A model generated the notes under the pieces. That model made no database searches, was not told the origin of the DNA, and saw nothing but the letters and a program-made list of their open reading frames with translations. A DNA stretch of 64,000 bases from the human T2T-CHM13v2.0 reference genome, Homo sapiens: NCBI RefSeq assembly GCF_009914755.1, contig NC_060930.1; one strand, 5' to 3'. This document shows, piece by piece, positions 62,610 through 64,000 of this stretch (positions are counted from its first letter, which is position 1; the number at the start of each line of letters is the position of its first letter). Position numbers and translations under genes: made by a program.

Positions 62610-62830
62610 CCATTGGGCTAAGTATTTTCCATATACTGTCTTATCTAACCTTCACAACCACCTTGGGAGATAGGTGTGCTTATCATCCCCATTTACAGAA
62701 AAGGCAACTAAGTCTCAGAGGGGTTGAGTGACTTGCCCAGGGTCACGGAGCCTGAAAGTGGCAGAGGAAGAGTGAGACACAGGTGTCCAGTGCCCAGCCT
62801 GAGGCTCCTTTGCCACAGCGAGCTAACCAC
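62610..62830. mobile_element. MIR
   Basis: tatcatccccatttacagaaaaggcaactaagtctcagaggggttgagtgacttgcccagggtcac. Confidence 0.8.
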
Positions 62831-63861
62831 TTTGTCCACCCCTCTGGCTCTGTACTGGTCAACAGGGATAAAGGAGAATGATCCTCTGCACTTCAGCAAT
62901 GTGTAGAATTAAGTGTATAGCATAATCAAAGAGCGATTGTCCATAAAACCCAAGAATTCTTAGGTTTCCTCATTATGAGATGACCCCTGTAGGTAATAAA
63001 GAATGAAAGAGTGTTACATCCATTCTCCTCATGCTCTCCTTAACATTTAATCCTGAGCAAAATTCAAGAAACAAACAACATTAAAAACTGTCCCTTTAAA
63101 CTTTTAAATTGAGTCACTTCTCAGTGAGAAGTAACCCTTCACTTTTTCATTTCAAACGGTTCATTCAGAGCATGATCAGATGTGTGGATTTCAGTGGCCA
63201 CATTTGATGGCAAGGCCCCACGGCTTCAGGAGTCTAAATGTGCGTGAGGTGACACAAAGTGATTAACCACAACTAATCAATCTGTTAGTACACGCTATTG
63301 CTTTTCAAGTCATCTGCAAATGCCTATTTTTGCTTTAAGGCTAGCTAAGTTATTTATACTTTCATTTTGCTTTTCTGATGGGAGAAAAAGTAAAGGAGTG
63401 CGTCTAACTGTGCTACATGAATTCCATACACAGGGTTTGTTTTTGCCTACACCACCCACCATCACTACCCCACCAACCTGGCCCTGCTCTCCTGCATGCT
63501 CCCCTCCAGGTGACTGTGGCCTCTCCACACTGCCCATGCTTCCCAGTTTCAAAATGCACAGCTGGCCTTACCACTGCTAACCAACCAGTGTGCCTTTCTT
63601 TTCTAGAAAGAACAACTCAGCCTCAGCATCAAGCTCTTCTTCACAGTGTTTATCTGTTCCTGGTTTGTCCTCTGCTATCCCTAAGTAGGTTGTTTCCAGC
63701 TGTTCCTGACCTTAGTAGTATACCTCATACAAAGGCTAGATTCAAAATAATATGGCAACCCAGAGAAGCAAGGCCTCACGGATTTAAAATGTCTTAGGGT
63801 ACCGTGTTCAACTTCATCATATGATTCAATCAATCACCTGATCTCATCTAAACCTTTAGTT

Positions 63862-64000
63862 GTGGTGGTTTCTCTATCTGTAGTACCCAGGCAAGCAATG
63901 TCACACTGACTGGGGTCGTGTTAGAAAGAACAATTCCCAGATCCCTGAACCAGCCTTCTGTGTCTTAACAGGGCCTGAGTGATTCTGATGCACACTAAAG
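63862..64000. mobile_element. MER5A-like DNA transposon (runs off the window)
   Basis: gtgttagaaagaacaattccc...ttaacag...gtgattctgatgcacactaaag. Confidence 0.65.

Overview
This is primate, most likely human, genomic DNA lying entirely inside the GMDS gene (GDP-mannose 4,6-dehydratase; 6p25.3 in human, next to FOXC1), transcribed on the minus strand. Only two coding exons are present: 59109-59196 (88 nt, probably exon 3) and 57411-57520 (110 nt, probably exon 4). Everything from 57410 down to position 1 belongs to one very long intron. That intron holds a 5'-truncated L1PA2/3 (6619-12074, +) and an old L1MA4-like LINE (~15005-22420, -), which is interrupted by an Alu monomer and a twin-primed L1PA4-like insertion. 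It also holds ten Alus (one looks like a very young AluYc1), ancient L2/L3/MIR/MER/MADE2 relics and a repeat-poor AT-rich block at 40-46.5 kb with enhancer-like segments. Nearly all ORFs in the track are repeat-derived or spurious. I see no convincing novel gene or system. The best sequence-level observations are: (i) an apparent gene-conversion tract between two inverted L1 3' ends of different subfamilies, (ii) a twin-primed L1 carrying a 13-nt micro 3' transduction, (iii) an in-frame, stop-free exon 3+4 unit that could form a rolling-circle ORF, (iv) candidate recursive splice sites, and (v) a fold-back rewrite inside a MADE2 TIR. Repeat subfamily calls rest on remembered consensus sequences and need RepeatMasker/Dfam confirmation.
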